A stretch of DNA of 64,000 nucleotides from Mustelus asterias (Eukaryota), in assembly GCF_964213995.1 (NCBI RefSeq), contig NW_027590141.1, positions 1,302,001-1,366,000 on the forward strand. The letters run 5' to 3'. A program made the position numbers and the translations under genes. Under the pieces are notes generated by a model. It saw nothing but the letters and a program-made list of their open reading frames with translations, ran no database searches and was not told the DNA's origin. Positions 25,483-37,640 of this stretch are shown here, piece after piece. The stretch's first letter is position 1. Each line of letters opens with the position of its first letter.

Positions 25483-26865
25483 CTCCAGAGATTGGATTGT
25501 GTTGTCAATCAGATTGAGAACTGAGCTATATCCATTAGGATCTGATTCTGCTGATGTTAATAAACTTCAGGTCAGTTATAGAGGCTAATATTCTGGACAA
25601 AAATCAAATAATTTGTCTTTGATTTGATTTGATTTGTCTTTGAACCCACACAGACATGGAGGAAAGCTGCTGAATTGTCATAAAAACCTAAGTGGTATGC
25701 TGATGTCTGTCAAGAAAGGAAATCTGACACCTGGTCTAGAGTGGAGACAGCGAGAAGTAGAAGGGGCCGGGGTGAAGGAGAGGGATTTTATACATCTAGA
25801 ACTCAATGAGAACTTTGACAGCATCTCCCAAATCCTCAACCTCCACCACCTAGAAGGACCAAGGTAGCAGGTAGATGTGAACGCCATCACCTCCGAGTTT
25901 CTCTCCCCCAACTCGCACACAATCCTGACTTGTCTGATATCCAGTACTAAAAGGATTGTATTTGTCGGGTTCTCCGGTTCTCTTTTTGTTTGGGACCGAT
26001 GTATCTCGTTCTGTCATTCCGCCTCGGTTTCTCTATCTCCCTTTGTCCTGCTTCTGACCGTCTCTGTCTTCACACTGGCTCTATGTTCTTCTGTTTCTCC
26101 CCTTTTCCCTAAAGTTCAGGGTTGAGACAATCCGATTTCTTCCACTCTCTCATTTCAACGAGTCCACTCAATTACTCATTATATTATCGCAGCAATAATT
26201 GATAACGTTAATAACCAGAACTTAAGGGGTAACATTACGATGGAAAGATTTAAATGCAAATAACTAAAGAATATAGGAAATGAATGTGAATCCAGGGTCA
26301 TGTTTGCATCTTGTGTTGTTATTTTAGACTAGGCATCTTATCGGAATCTTGGTGGCTCCTTCTTGTTTAAAATGGGCGTTTATAACCACTATTAATTGAA
26401 TAAAGCGAATCGCCAGCAACAAAATAAAGTTGGGATTATCTCTCATGCATACGTTCAACTGCATCAAATTACATTGCAATAGTAAAAGTACTGCAAGAAT
26501 AATCCGACATCGTGGCACAGTGGTTAGCCGTGCTGCGTTACAGCGCTGGGGACCTGGGTTCAGTCACTGTCTGTGTGGAGTCTGAAAATTCTCCCTGTGT
26601 CTGTGTGAGTTTCCTCCGGGTGCTCCGGTTTCCTCCCGCAGTCCGAAAGATGTGCTGGTAATGTGCATTGGCCATGCTAAAATTTCCCTAAGTGTATCCG
26701 AACAGGCGCCAGAGTATGGCGACTAGGGGATTTTCACATTAACTTCATTGAAGTGTTGATGTGACTGAAAATTTCCAGCATTAAGCCGATGTTTGAATGA
26801 TCAGTGTCTGTTCCATGGGCTCTCTTCGCTCTGAGATATTTAATATCTTCTGTGTTTTGTTACAG

Positions 26866-27169
26866 GGATAAATGTTGAAGCTTCAGTGTTTCAAGATCGA
26901 TCTAAATGAAGCGTTCTGGAAGGACAGAGCATATTGTTGGACTGTAAATACTCGACAGCTGCTTTTCAAACTGTGTTCTGGTGCATCCACTATCCCGGGC
27001 AAGCTCTGAGATATTTGATGAAGATATATAGCTCGGGCAATACCGATACGTCTCCGGATTTGTCAGATAGGTTCTCGGCTGCTTTGCACAAAGGAAACAA
27101 CACTGTTCCTTTAAAAATCGCCAGGGCTCTTCTGCCTGACAGCGCCGTGTATTTCTGTGCCATGGAGTT
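26866..27169 (+). pseudogene. T-cell receptor alpha/delta-like V gene segment (V exon), pseudogene
   Basis: Acceptor ttacag|, then GINVEASVFQDRSK*SVLEGQSILLDCKYS...VFWCIHYPGQALRYLMK...DRFSAAL...VPLKIARALLPDSAVYFCAME. It has the Ig-V Cys/Trp/Cys and DSAVYFCA motifs, with an in-frame TGA at 26907. Confidence 0.88.
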
Positions 27170-27209
27170 CACACTGGTGCAGAAATACAGCGAACTCCGC
27201 CCAAAAACC
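27170..27209 (+). promoter_or_regulatory. V(D)J recombination signal sequence (23-type)
   Basis: Heptamer CACACTG at 27170-27176, 24-bp spacer, nonamer CCAAAAACC at 27201-27209 (8/9 match to ACAAAAACC), directly after the V exon. Confidence 0.8.
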
Positions 27210-28256
27210 CCAGACTGGGGGTTCCGGTTAGAGATCAGCAGAGGGCGCTCCCGCACCGATAAACAGAAACAATTATATCGTGTCCACAGAAAGAGTCACA
27301 AGATCATAAATGAAATATCAAATCAAAACAGAACACTCAACCTGAACAGCTGTGCCGCAGTTGGGTTTTTAACTTGCAACTATACTAAAAATACAGTTAT
27401 GCTTCGTTCACTCATGCTCAGTCCTTTGATGATATTTCCTTGCTCGTGTAATTACTGTGTAGCACTTTCCCCATCTTGACTGTCCGTTTCGAGGTCGCTT
27501 TGCTCAAAGGGTCTGTTTGGTCAGAGTATTTTGCTGCCTAACGGACAGTTTATAGAACATATGCATTTCGCAAGGTTGCCATTGTGCTATTTAAAACAAT
27601 CCCTGGGAACAAGTTACCATCAATGTTCATTCTCATTTTGTATATCTGTGAAATGTTTTCTGACACAATTCGTAAGCCAGGGCTTCCGCCTGACAATAAC
27701 AAGACCAGGGAATTCATTCCCACCCGTGCCCTTAACAATAAAGTGATTTTCCTAATGGGCACATTGATTAAATCCCAGATTGGGATATTTCTGCTCACTG
27801 AAAGGCAGGTCTCCAACATTGGCAAACATGTAAATGACGTGAGAGAATGCAATGACACTAGAACAGATTAATGAGAGTGCAGATTAGATTGAGACTCCTC
27901 TGTTTCATCTTCCCTTTTACAGAACGTACAGCAACAATGCGGGAAGGCAGAAGTTGGGTGTTCTGGGGAATTTCAGAGAAGCAATTGTGGAATAAACACA
28001 TTTAATCTAATTTCCCAATCGCAATTTCAACCTAAAGTTTAAAAGTATTCCGACATGAGAGAGCACTTCAAAAAGGAATTCAGATATGTTGATGATGTGA
28101 AAAAGATTCAACACAGTATTAAACACAAAGCTGGTTTATTTTGACTTCTATTCAGAATATTAAACCACACAACTGGCTGGAGTTCATTATCAGCAAAAAT
28201 CCAATTAACACATTACAGTCATGGATAGGATTAACAGCAGATTCCAATCACTGTGG

Positions 28257-28958
28257 TTACTTGTGAATTATTTGGTGTCTAAGCAGGTGGAATGCCTGAG
28301 TGAATCCCTTCCCACATTCAGAGCAGATGAATGGCCTCTCCCCAGTGTGAACTCGCTGGTGTGTCAGCAGATTGGAGGACTGACTGAATCCCTTCCCACA
28401 CTGAGAGCAGGTGAATGGCCTTTCCCCAGTGTGGGTGCGCTGGTGTACAATGAGGTTACATGAATGCCTGAACCTAGTCCCACAGTGAGAGCACCTGAAT
28501 GGTCTCTCGTCAGTGTGAATACGTTGATGGGACATGAGTGCATCAGAACTTTTGTAGCACTTCCCACAGTCTGAGCATTTAAAAGGCCTCTCATCAGTGT
28601 GAACCCGCTGATGTGTCAGCAGGTTGGATGACCGAGTGAAGCCCTTCCCACACTCTGAGCAGATGAATGGCCTTTCCCCAGTGTGAATGCGCTGGTGTGA
28701 CACCAGATTTCCTGACTCAGTAAATCCTTTGCCACACTCAGAGCAGGTGAATGGCCTCTCCCCAGTGTGAATGCGCCAATGAATTTTCAGCTGGAATGGG
28801 TAATTGAATTCCTTTCCACAGTCCACACATTTCCACAGTTTTTCCATGGAGTGACTGCACTTGTGTCTCGATAGGCCAGATGATCGGCTGAAGTCTCGTC
28901 CACACACAGAACACATGTATGGTTTCTCTCCACTGTGAACGGTGCGTTTTCCTTCCAT
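28257..28958 (-). CDS. C2H2 zinc-finger protein (ZNF-D), 8 fingers; inverted paralogue of ZNF-B
   Basis: [19 protein letters not shown]..., 8 intact units, with flanks homologous to those of ZNF-B. Confidence 0.9.
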   Translation of the reverse strand: MEGKRTVHSGEKPYMCSVCGRDFSRSSGLSRHKCSHSMEKLWKCVDCGKEFNYPFQLKIHWRIHTGERPFTCSECGKGFTESGNLVSHQRIHTGERPFICSECGKGFTRSSNLLTHQRVHTDERPFKCSDCGKCYKSSDALMSHQRIHTDERPFRCSHCGTRFRHSCNLIVHQRTHTGERPFTCSQCGKGFSQSSNLLTHQRVHTGERPFICSECGKGFTQAFHLLRHQIIHK

Positions 28959-29165
28959 GTTCAAAATCCACTGATATTCAGTTACGATAAATGAGATGAC
29001 TGTCAGATTCTGATATGATATTTATTTCTTGTTTCCTCACTGCAAATCGTCTCATCCTAGTTCCTGTGAAATTGATTTGAAACAGAGAAAAAGTGGATTG
29101 AGAGAGAGCCCACAGAGACAGGTTATAAATAGAGTTCAGACTGAAGCAACAATAACAAAAACACT

Positions 29166-30185
29166 CAAAGAACAATACAGCACAGGAACAGGCCCTTCGG
29201 CCCTCCAAGCCCGCGCCGCTCCCCGGTCCAGGATTGAATCCTGAATCCAGGATCCCCGCCCAATTTTCCAGCCTATCTACATCCTAATATCCTATCCACC
29301 GAGCTGTCCCTCACAGCTACGATGCTTTGTTCATCACAACCTATTAACTCACCCCCACCCCCCCATTCCAGACCATGTGATCTCCAGGGAGAGGCGAAAA
29401 CCCAGAGTGAAAACCCCAGGGCCAATATGGGGAAAAAAATCTGGGAAATTCCTCTCCGACCCCCTGAGGCGATCGAAACGAGTCCAGGAGATCACACTGG
29501 CCCTGATCAGAAAATGCTTCCCAACCCTATTCATTTCCACTTCTGTTTTACAAACACCATATGAATTCCCTGCCCCCGAGACAGGTTCCCAACTATCCGC
29601 AGTCTCGCTCTGTACTGGCACCAGCAAGATGATCATAGAATGAAGCCTTGAAATGAGAAACAAAGAACAATTAGCCCGCGCCGCTCCCTGGTCCAAACTA
29701 GACCACTCTTTTGTATCCCTCCATTCCCACTCCGTTCATATAGCTGTCTAGATAAGTCTTAAACGTTCCCAGTGTGTCCGCCTCCACCACCTTGCCCGGC
29801 AACACATTCCAGGCCCCCACAACCCTCTGTGTAAAATATGTCCTTCTGATATCTGTGTTAAACCTCCCCCCCTTCACCTTGAACCTATGACCCCTCGTGA
29901 ACGTCACCACCGACCCGGGGAAAAGCTTCCCACCGTTCACCCTATCTATGCCTTTCATAATTTTATACACCTCTATTAAGTCTCCCCTCATCCTCCGTCT
30001 TTCCAAGGAAAACAACCCCAGTTTCCCCAATCTCTCCTCATAACCAAGCCCCTCCATACCAGGCAACATCCTGGTAAACCTCCTCTGTACTCTCTCCAAA
30101 GCCTCCACGTCCTTCTGGTAGTGTGGCGACCAGAACTGGATGCAGTCTTCCAAATGCGGCCGACTGCGTCCAGTTCTGGTCGCCA
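29166..30185 (-). mobile_element. 5'-truncated CR1 with a long (~530 bp) structured 3' UTR and a fold-back 5' end
   Basis: ORF2 C-terminus ends at 29698 and the CR1 terminus is near 29170-29210. It is absent from the paralogous site near 19530. Confidence 0.88.
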
Positions 30186-30481
30186 TAGGAGGCCAGGGAC
30201 TGAGTTCTGCATCCAACACGCAGCCTGATTCAAACTGGCTCCGAACTAGTCAGCCTGTGTTTCTAATCTCGATACAATAAAACAATAGAACATAGAAACC
30301 CTACAGTGCAGAAAGAGGCCATTTGGCCCATCAAGTCTGCACCGACCACAATCCCACCCAGGCCCTACCCCATATCCCTCCATATTTACACACTAATCCC
30401 CCTAACCTACATGTACTGGAACAAAACTCTGTAGAGATTGTATCTGGAATAAAGAGAATAAATCTTGGAGATATTCAGCAG

Positions 30482-31390
30482 TGATGTGGAGATGCTGGCA
30501 TTGGACTGGGGTAAACAGTGTAAGAAGTCTCACAACACCAGGTTAAAGTCCAACAGGTTTATTTGGTAAAAAAATCCATTAGCTTTCGGAGTGCTGCTCC
30601 TTCATCAGGTGAGTGGGAGTTTTTCACAAACAGGGCATATAAAGACACAAACTCAATTTACAAAATAATGATTGGAATGCGAGACTTTACAGGGGATCAA
30701 GTCTTAAAGGTACAGACAATGTGAGTGGAGAGAGGGTTAAGCACAGGTTAAAGAGATGTGTATTGTCTCCAGACAGGACAGTTCATGAGATTTTGCAAGT
30801 CCAGGCAAGTCGTGGGGATTACAGATAGTGTGACATGACCCCAAGATCCCGGTTGGGGCCGTCCTCATGTGTGCGGAACTTGGCTATCAGTCTCTTCTCA
30901 GTGACTCTGCGCTGTCGTGTGTCGTGAAGGCCGCCTTGGAGAATGCTTACCTGAAGATCATCGGCCTCTGATCTTCGGGTAAGCGTTCTCCAAGGTGGCC
31001 TTCATGACACATGACAGCGCAGAGTCACTGAGCAGAGACTGATAGCCAAGTTCCGCACACATGAGGACGGCCTCACCCAGGATCTTGGGGTCATGTCACA
31101 CTATCTGTAATCCCCACGACTTGCCTGGACTTACAAAATCTCATGAACTGTCCTGTCTGGAGACAATACACACCTCTTTAACCTGTGCTTAACCCTCTCT
31201 CCACTCACATTGTCTGTACCTTTAAGACTTGATTACCTGTAAAGACTCGCATTCCAATAATTATTTTGTAAATTGAGTTTATGAAAAGAACTCCCACTCA
31301 CCTGACGAAGGAGCAGCGCTCCGAAAGCTAGTGGATTTTGCTACCAAATAAATCTGTTGGACTTTAATCTGGTGTTGTGAGACTTCTTAT
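30482..31390. mobile_element. Penelope-like insertion made of two inverted 3' ends (~430-bp arms), 12-bp TSD
   Basis: Arms 30530-30960(-) and 30970-31390(+). TSD gatattcagcag at 30470-30481 and 31391-31402. The empty paralogous site is at ~19365-19390. Confidence 0.9.
31299..31333 (+). ncRNA. Minimal type I hammerhead ribozyme in a Penelope pLTR
   Basis: CAC-CUGACGA-A-GGAGC-agc-GCUCC-GAAA-GCUA|GUG. Related copies at 22141-22175(-), 30577-30611(-), 32842-32878(+) and 52856-52890(+). Confidence 0.8.
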
Positions 31391-32395
31391 GATATTCAGC
31401 AGGCCAGGCAGTCTCTGAGGAGTGACAAACAGAATTGAGGGCTCAGGTTGCTGACTTGCCCTCAGACTGCAATGAAACATTTAGAGTCAGGCACTGACTA
31501 ATGGCGGTCACAATTCCCACAATGCTCTGCGCCCCAGAAACCCCTCTATTCAATGGTTGTTCACCGTAATTCACTAATCACAGAATCCTTACAACACAGA
31601 AGGAGGCCATTGGACCCATTGAGTGTGGACTGAACTTACGGCTGAGCACCTTTCCCAAGCACGCCCCCTATCCCTGTAACCTCACGCATTTTCCCTGTTA
31701 ATCCCCCGACTGACCTTTCTCTTCACCCTACCGGTAACTGCAACAATATGTTCTGCACCCTACGTTTTTCCTTTCCCCCATGTACTTTCTCAACGTACGT
31801 TTTGCCTGCATAGTACGGAAGAAATATTACTTCTCACTCTATTCCAGTACATGTGACAATAATAAATCAGATTAGAACCTATACATGGTGGGACACTAAG
31901 GGACAATTGTAAGCATGGTCAATCCACTTAACCTGCACATCTTTGGACGGTGGAAGGAAACCGGAGCACCCGGAGGAAACCCACGCAGACACGGGGACAA
32001 TGCACAAACTCCACACAGACAGTGACCCGAGGCTGGCATTGAACCCGGGTCCCTGGCGCTGTGAGGCAAAAATGTTAACCAGTGAAGGCAGTTTGCCGCT
32101 TTTTCCAGGCGATAACAATGGGCTGGATGTTGCTCAGAACGTGGAGCACTGCAGCAAAGTACAGAGAGAGACAGAGCAGCAGACTGGGCTGAGAAATGGA
32201 ATCTGCAGACCGAAACTAGCTGAGGACAGGTTATCTCGTCAACACGCACAGCAATGTACAACCCACCCCCATTACCAAGACAGCGAGACAGAGGTTACAC
32301 TAAAATATTTATAGGATCAAGAGAAACCAGAGTGCACCAACACTCACCAACACAGCTCCACGGAAAAAAGGGAGAATCTGTGGCAGTTCCTGTCC

Positions 32396-32940
32396 GTCAC
32401 GGGCATTCGGCCTCTGATATTCGGGTAAGCGTTCTCCAAGGCGGCCTTCGCGACACACGACAGCGCAGAGTCGCTGAGCAGAAACTGATAGCCAGGTTCC
32501 GCACACACAAGGACGGCCTCAACCGGGATATTGGGTTTATGTCACACTATTTCACATAAATATTTCTGCTTTTTTCCTCCTGAGTCTTTATCATGCGATC
32601 CTAGAATCAGAATTTATGTCACACTATTTGTAACTCCCACAGTTGCGTGGACCTGCAGAGTTTCACTGGCTGTCTTGTCTGGAGACAATACACATCTTTT
32701 TAGCCTGTCTTGATGCTCTCTCCACTCCCATTGTTTTGTTTCTTAAAGACTGGATTAGTTGTAAGTATTCGCATTCCAACCATTATTCATGTAAATTGAG
32801 TCTGTGTCTTATAAGTTCTGTTTGTGAACAGAATTCCCACTCACCTGAAGAAGGGGCTCAGAGCCTCGAAAGCTTGTGTGGCTTTTGCTACCAAATAAAC
32901 CTGTTGGACTTTAACCTGGTGTTGTTAAACTTCTTACTGA
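32396..32940 (+). mobile_element. Penelope-like 3' fragment (GIY-YIG C-terminus plus pLTR with hammerhead)
   Basis: GHSASDIRVSVLQGGLRDTRQRRVAEQKLIARFRTHKDGLNRDIGFMSHY, then the pLTR. Confidence 0.85.
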
Positions 32941-33504
32941 TATAGCCCCAGGGCTGTCACTCAAAGCCCCAACCCCGTCCAGTTCACAGCTCAGCCTCTC
33001 AGCTTGCAGCTTCCTGCACCTTGAGCCAACCCTGTCCAGGTGTGGGAGGGATGTGGAACCACAGAGTGGGGGGAGGGGTGACCTCCTGCTGTGTCCCAAA
33101 TAGTCTCTCCTTCCCCTCCCCCTTGGCGCTCTAAGCTCTCAATGTGGATGTGTTGATGGACATTGCAGAGCCTCACTGAGCTGCGCCTGTCCCTTATCCT
33201 GGGTCACCCCCTCCCCCTGGGTTCAGTGTGTGAACTCGCTGCTTGTTTACCTGCTGAACCTTCAGTTAATCAAAAACAGAAAGTGCTGGAAAACCTCAGC
33301 AGGTCTGATCACATCTGTGATCATCCAGACTGGAAGCATTAACTCTATTCTCTCTCCACAGATGCTGTCAAACCTGCTGAGATTTTCCAGCATTTTCTGT
33401 TTATGTTTCAGATTCCAGCATCCGCAGTGTTTTGCTTTTATCTTCATTTAAACAAACATTCTGTGAAGGCCTTTACCCCCATTGCTCCTTTCCAGAGATT
33501 CCCA

Positions 33505-34938
33505 CATAGAACATAGAACATAGAACATTACAGCGCAGAACAGGCCCTTCGGCCCACGATGTTGCACCGACCAGTTAAAAAAAAAAACTGTGACCCTCCA
33601 ACCTAAACCAATTTCTTTTCGTCCATGAACCTATCTACGGATCTCTTAAACGCCCCCAAACTAGGCGCATTTACTACTGATGCTGGCAGGGCATTCCAAT
33701 CCCTCACCACCCTCTGGGTAAAGAACCTACCCCTGACATCGGTTCTATAACTACCCCCCCTCAATTTAAAGCCATGCCCCCTCGTGCTGGATTTCTCCAT
33801 CAGAGGAAAAAGGCTATCACTATCCACCCTATCTAAACCTCTAATCATCTTATATGTTTCAATAAGATCCCCTCTTAGCCGCCGCCTTTCCAGCGAAAAC
33901 AATCCCAAATCCCTCAGCCTCTCCTCATAGGATCTCCCCTCCATACCAGGCAACATCCTGGTAAACCTCCTCTGCACCCTCTCCAAAGCCTCCACATCCT
34001 TCCTGTAATGTGGGGACCAGAACTGCACACAGTACTCCAAGTGCGGCCGCACCAGAGTTGTGTACAGTTGCAACATAACGCTACGACTCCTAAATTCAAT
34101 CCCCCTACCAATAAACGCCAAGACACCATATGCCTTCTTAACAACCTTATCTACTTGATTCCCAACTTTCAGGGATCTATGCACACATACACCTAGATCC
34201 CTCTGCTCCTCCACACTATTCAAAGTCCTCCCGTTAGCCCTATACTCAACACATCTGTTATTCCTACCAAAGTGAATTACCTCACACTTCTCCGCATTAA
34301 ACTCCATCCGCCACCTCTCGGCCCAACTTTGCAACCTGTCTAAGTCTTCCTGCAAACTACGACACCCTTCCTCACTGTCTACCACACCACCGACTTTGGT
34401 GTCATCAGCAAATTTGCTAATCCACCCAACTATACCCTCATCCAGATCATTAATAAATATTACAAACAGCAGTGGCCCCAAAACAGATCCCTGAGGTACA
34501 CCACTTGTAACCGCACTCCATGATGAATATTTACTATCAACCACCACCCTCTGTTTCCTATCCGCTAGCCAATTCCTGATCCAATTTCCTAGATCACCCC
34601 CAATCCCATACATCTGCATTTTCTGCAGAAGCCTACCATGGTGAACCTTATCAAACGCCTTACTAAAATCCATATATACCACGTCCACTGCCTTGCCCCC
34701 ATCCACCTCCTTGGTCACTTTCTCAAAAAACTCAATAAGGTTAGTAAGGCACGACCTACCTGCCACAAAACCATGCTGACTATCACCTATCAATTCATTA
34801 CTCTCCAAATAACTATAAATCCTATCCCTTATAATTTTTTCCAACATCTTGCCGACAACAGAAGTGAGACTCACCGGTCTATAATTCCCGGGGAAGTCTC
34901 TGTTCCCCTTCTTAAACAATGGGACAACATTCGCTAAC
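33505..34938 (-). mobile_element. 5'-truncated copy of the intact CR1 at 2448-6440
   Basis: Its translation from LANVVPLFKKG to DEKKLV is the same as the 3513-6332 ORF2, and it has the same 3' tail. It sits at a site that is empty in the paralogue (~18078). Confidence 0.95.
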
Positions 34939-37050
34939 CACCTTCTGCTATTGCCCCTGAATCCCACATTAACCCTGTCATTCCTCCCCTTTACCCCGCT
35001 CACCCTGTCTAAACTCAGGCTCAGAGTTTTCCCGCCATCTCCCCCTCCCCCAGCCTCCACATCCCAACACCCGGAATCTCTAACCCAGCGGTTCCAGTTT
35101 ATCTGGTTTGAGTTCAGATTTGCCGCAGCACCGACAGGATTTCACTTCAAACCAGCCGGAACTGACTGCTCACAAATCCCTAAATGTTTCTCCAGCAGCC
35201 CGGGCTGGTTAACGTTGTTTAAAGTCAGCGCCCAAATGCAGTTACTCTCCTCAGTTTAAAAAACTTCTCCATTTAATCTAAGGTATTATTCGCGCCAGAC
35301 ACAAATATAAAACAGTGAACTTTATCCCCCCACCCTGACCCGAGCTGGAGTGTCCCGAGGAAGCGACATCTGTTCCGGGTGTGACAATTCTTACACATTC
35401 TCTGTGACATAAAGCAGAAAACGCTGGAAATACTCATGAATGAAAGCAAATTGTTGCTTTTGTCAAGAGAGTCATCTGGACTCGAAACGGCAGCTCTTTT
35501 CTCTATTTACAGATGCTGCCAGACCTGCTGAGATTTTCCAGCATTTTCTGTTTTGGCTGGAAACACTCAACAAGTCAGGCAGCCTCTGTGGAGAGAGAAA
35601 CAGACTGACTGTGACCTGTCATCGAACTGGGAAATATATTTCCCGCAACTGAAAGAGGTATCTTACAACCTTCGGAACAAAACTGAGTTCAACAATTTTA
35701 CACCACATTCTCTGCCCCCTTTGCGTTCTGTGTTTCGTTGTTGCTTTTTTCACCTCTTGTTTTCTTTACTTCGTATTCAGACTGCTGCTATTCACACCTC
35801 ATCCAGAACATCTTTTGTGACTTTACTTGTCCCATTACCACTCGCTTTGGTATTGAGCCGTGAATCATTTTGTCAGTTTGCAGACCTTTCATTTTGTTCT
35901 TCTCCATCTCCCTCTCTCCCTCCTTCACAGGCCTGGCTTTCTCTGGGTGGCACTGGAGAGCGAACTAGACTTGAGATGTTTGAGACAGAGAGATTGAAAT
36001 GTTTTTTTCTCTCAGAGGGTCTTTGGTTTCTCTTCCCCAGAGAGCAGTGAAGACAGAGTCATTGAATGTTTTTAAGACTGAGTAAATGGATAAAAGCAAA
36101 TTACTGCGGATGCTGGAATCTGAAACCAAAAGAGAAAATGCTGGAAAATCTCAGCAGATCTGGCAGCATCTATAAAGTGAGAAAAGAGTGGACGTTTCGA
36201 CTCCAGATGACCCTTTGTCAAAGCTAAAAGGCATAGAAAGTGGGAGATATTTATACTGCAGGGTGAGGGAATGAAAAATGAGTCACAGCCACAGAAACTC
36301 GGGTAAAGAGCTGCTAATGGCAGTCCATCGAGAGAATAAAGGGTGTGAATGGCCAACGGCAGAGAAGCTGAAATCAGCTGTGACAGATGAAGATGTGGGG
36401 GGAGGGGGAGAGGGAATGGGAAGAAGAGAGGTAAAATGGGAAAAGGGGGGAAGGGAAATAAAAGGGGGAGAAAAGGTAAGGAAAGGATGGAGGTAGACAG
36501 GAAAGTGGAGTTGTGGTCGCAATCAGATCAGCCAGGATCTTATCAAATGCTGGAGCAGAGGGGCCACTGCTGCTCCGGATTCATGTGGGTGTTTGACTGT
36601 ATGTTTCACTCTGTTTCTGTCTCCACAGAAGCTGCCGGGTCTGTTCACTATTTGGGGCTTTGACTATTTTTATTTCAGATTTGAAGCATCTGCAGGATAT
36701 TCTGTCCATGCAAACCCAACACACCTTTCATTGTTTAATGCAGAGCAGTGCATGTGCACGGTGCTCCCTGTCAACAGGAGAGAATGTTGTGAATTCCTAT
36801 CCTGGATTGACTGGGATGGATTTTGTAAATTAATTTTATCTGGGTTAGAAGGGAAGGATTTACACACACAAAATTCAAAACCCTGTTTCTTATTTCAATA
36901 TTGGATATATGAGTCGCTGGTAAGGTCGCTGCATTTCAAACAGAGCTTGCGAGTGTTTTGAAGTGTTTTCTTTAAAAGTCCCCTTCACTCCTGTGCTACT
37001 CAGGAGAAGATTTCACATTCACATTCTCCAGGATAGAGGGGCAAGAGAAC

Positions 37051-37640
37051 GGGCGGCACAGTGGCACAGTGTTCAGCACCACTGCCTCACAGCACCAGGG
37101 AAATCATAGAAGCCCTACAGTACAGAAAGAGGCCATTTGGCCCATCGAGTCTGCACCAACCACAATCCCACCCCACCCCTACCCCCTTATCCCTACATAT
37201 TTACCCGCTAATCCCTCTAACCTACGCATCTCAGGACACTAAGGGGCAATTTTAGCATGGCCAATCAACCTAACCCGCACATTTTTGGACTGTGGGAGGA
37301 AACCGGAACACCCGGAGGAAACCCACGCAGACACAAGGAGAATGTGCAAACTCCACACACAGGGGTCCCAGGTTCAATTCTGGCCTCGGGTCACTGTCTG
37401 TGTGGAGTTTGCACATTCTCCCCGTGTCTGCGTGGGTTTCCTCCAGGTGCCCTGGTTTCCTCCCACAGTCCAAAGATGTGTGGGCTAGGTTGATTGGCTG
37501 TGCTAAATTGCCCCTTAGTGTCAGGGGGATTAGCAGGGTAAATATGTGGCGTTACAGGAATAGGGCCTGGGTGGGATTGTGGTCGGTACACACTCGATGG
37601 GTCAAATGGCCTCCTTCTGCACTGTAGGGATTCTATGATT
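37051..37640. mobile_element. HE1 SINE (+) containing an inverted HE1 SINE fragment (37101-37360, -)
   Basis: The head at 37051-37100 resumes at ~37361, around a minus-strand body and tail. Confidence 0.8.

Noticed and set aside
26300-26345. Possible leader exon (MFASCVVILD*) for the V segment
   Set aside because: Contains a stop and has no clear splice donor.
27210-27479. C-terminal extension of the V ORF as a novel receptor tail
   Set aside because: Read-through past the RSS into non-coding DNA, and the V has an upstream stop.
29458-29490. Hammerhead-like CUGAGG...GAAAC..GUC in the CR1 3' UTR
   Set aside because: It lacks the conserved A and stem II, and is antisense to the element.
33603-35060. 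485-aa ORF as a host-RT fusion gene
   Set aside because: The N-terminal ~40 aa are chance read-through from flanking duplicated DNA into a truncated CR1, and there is no ATG start.
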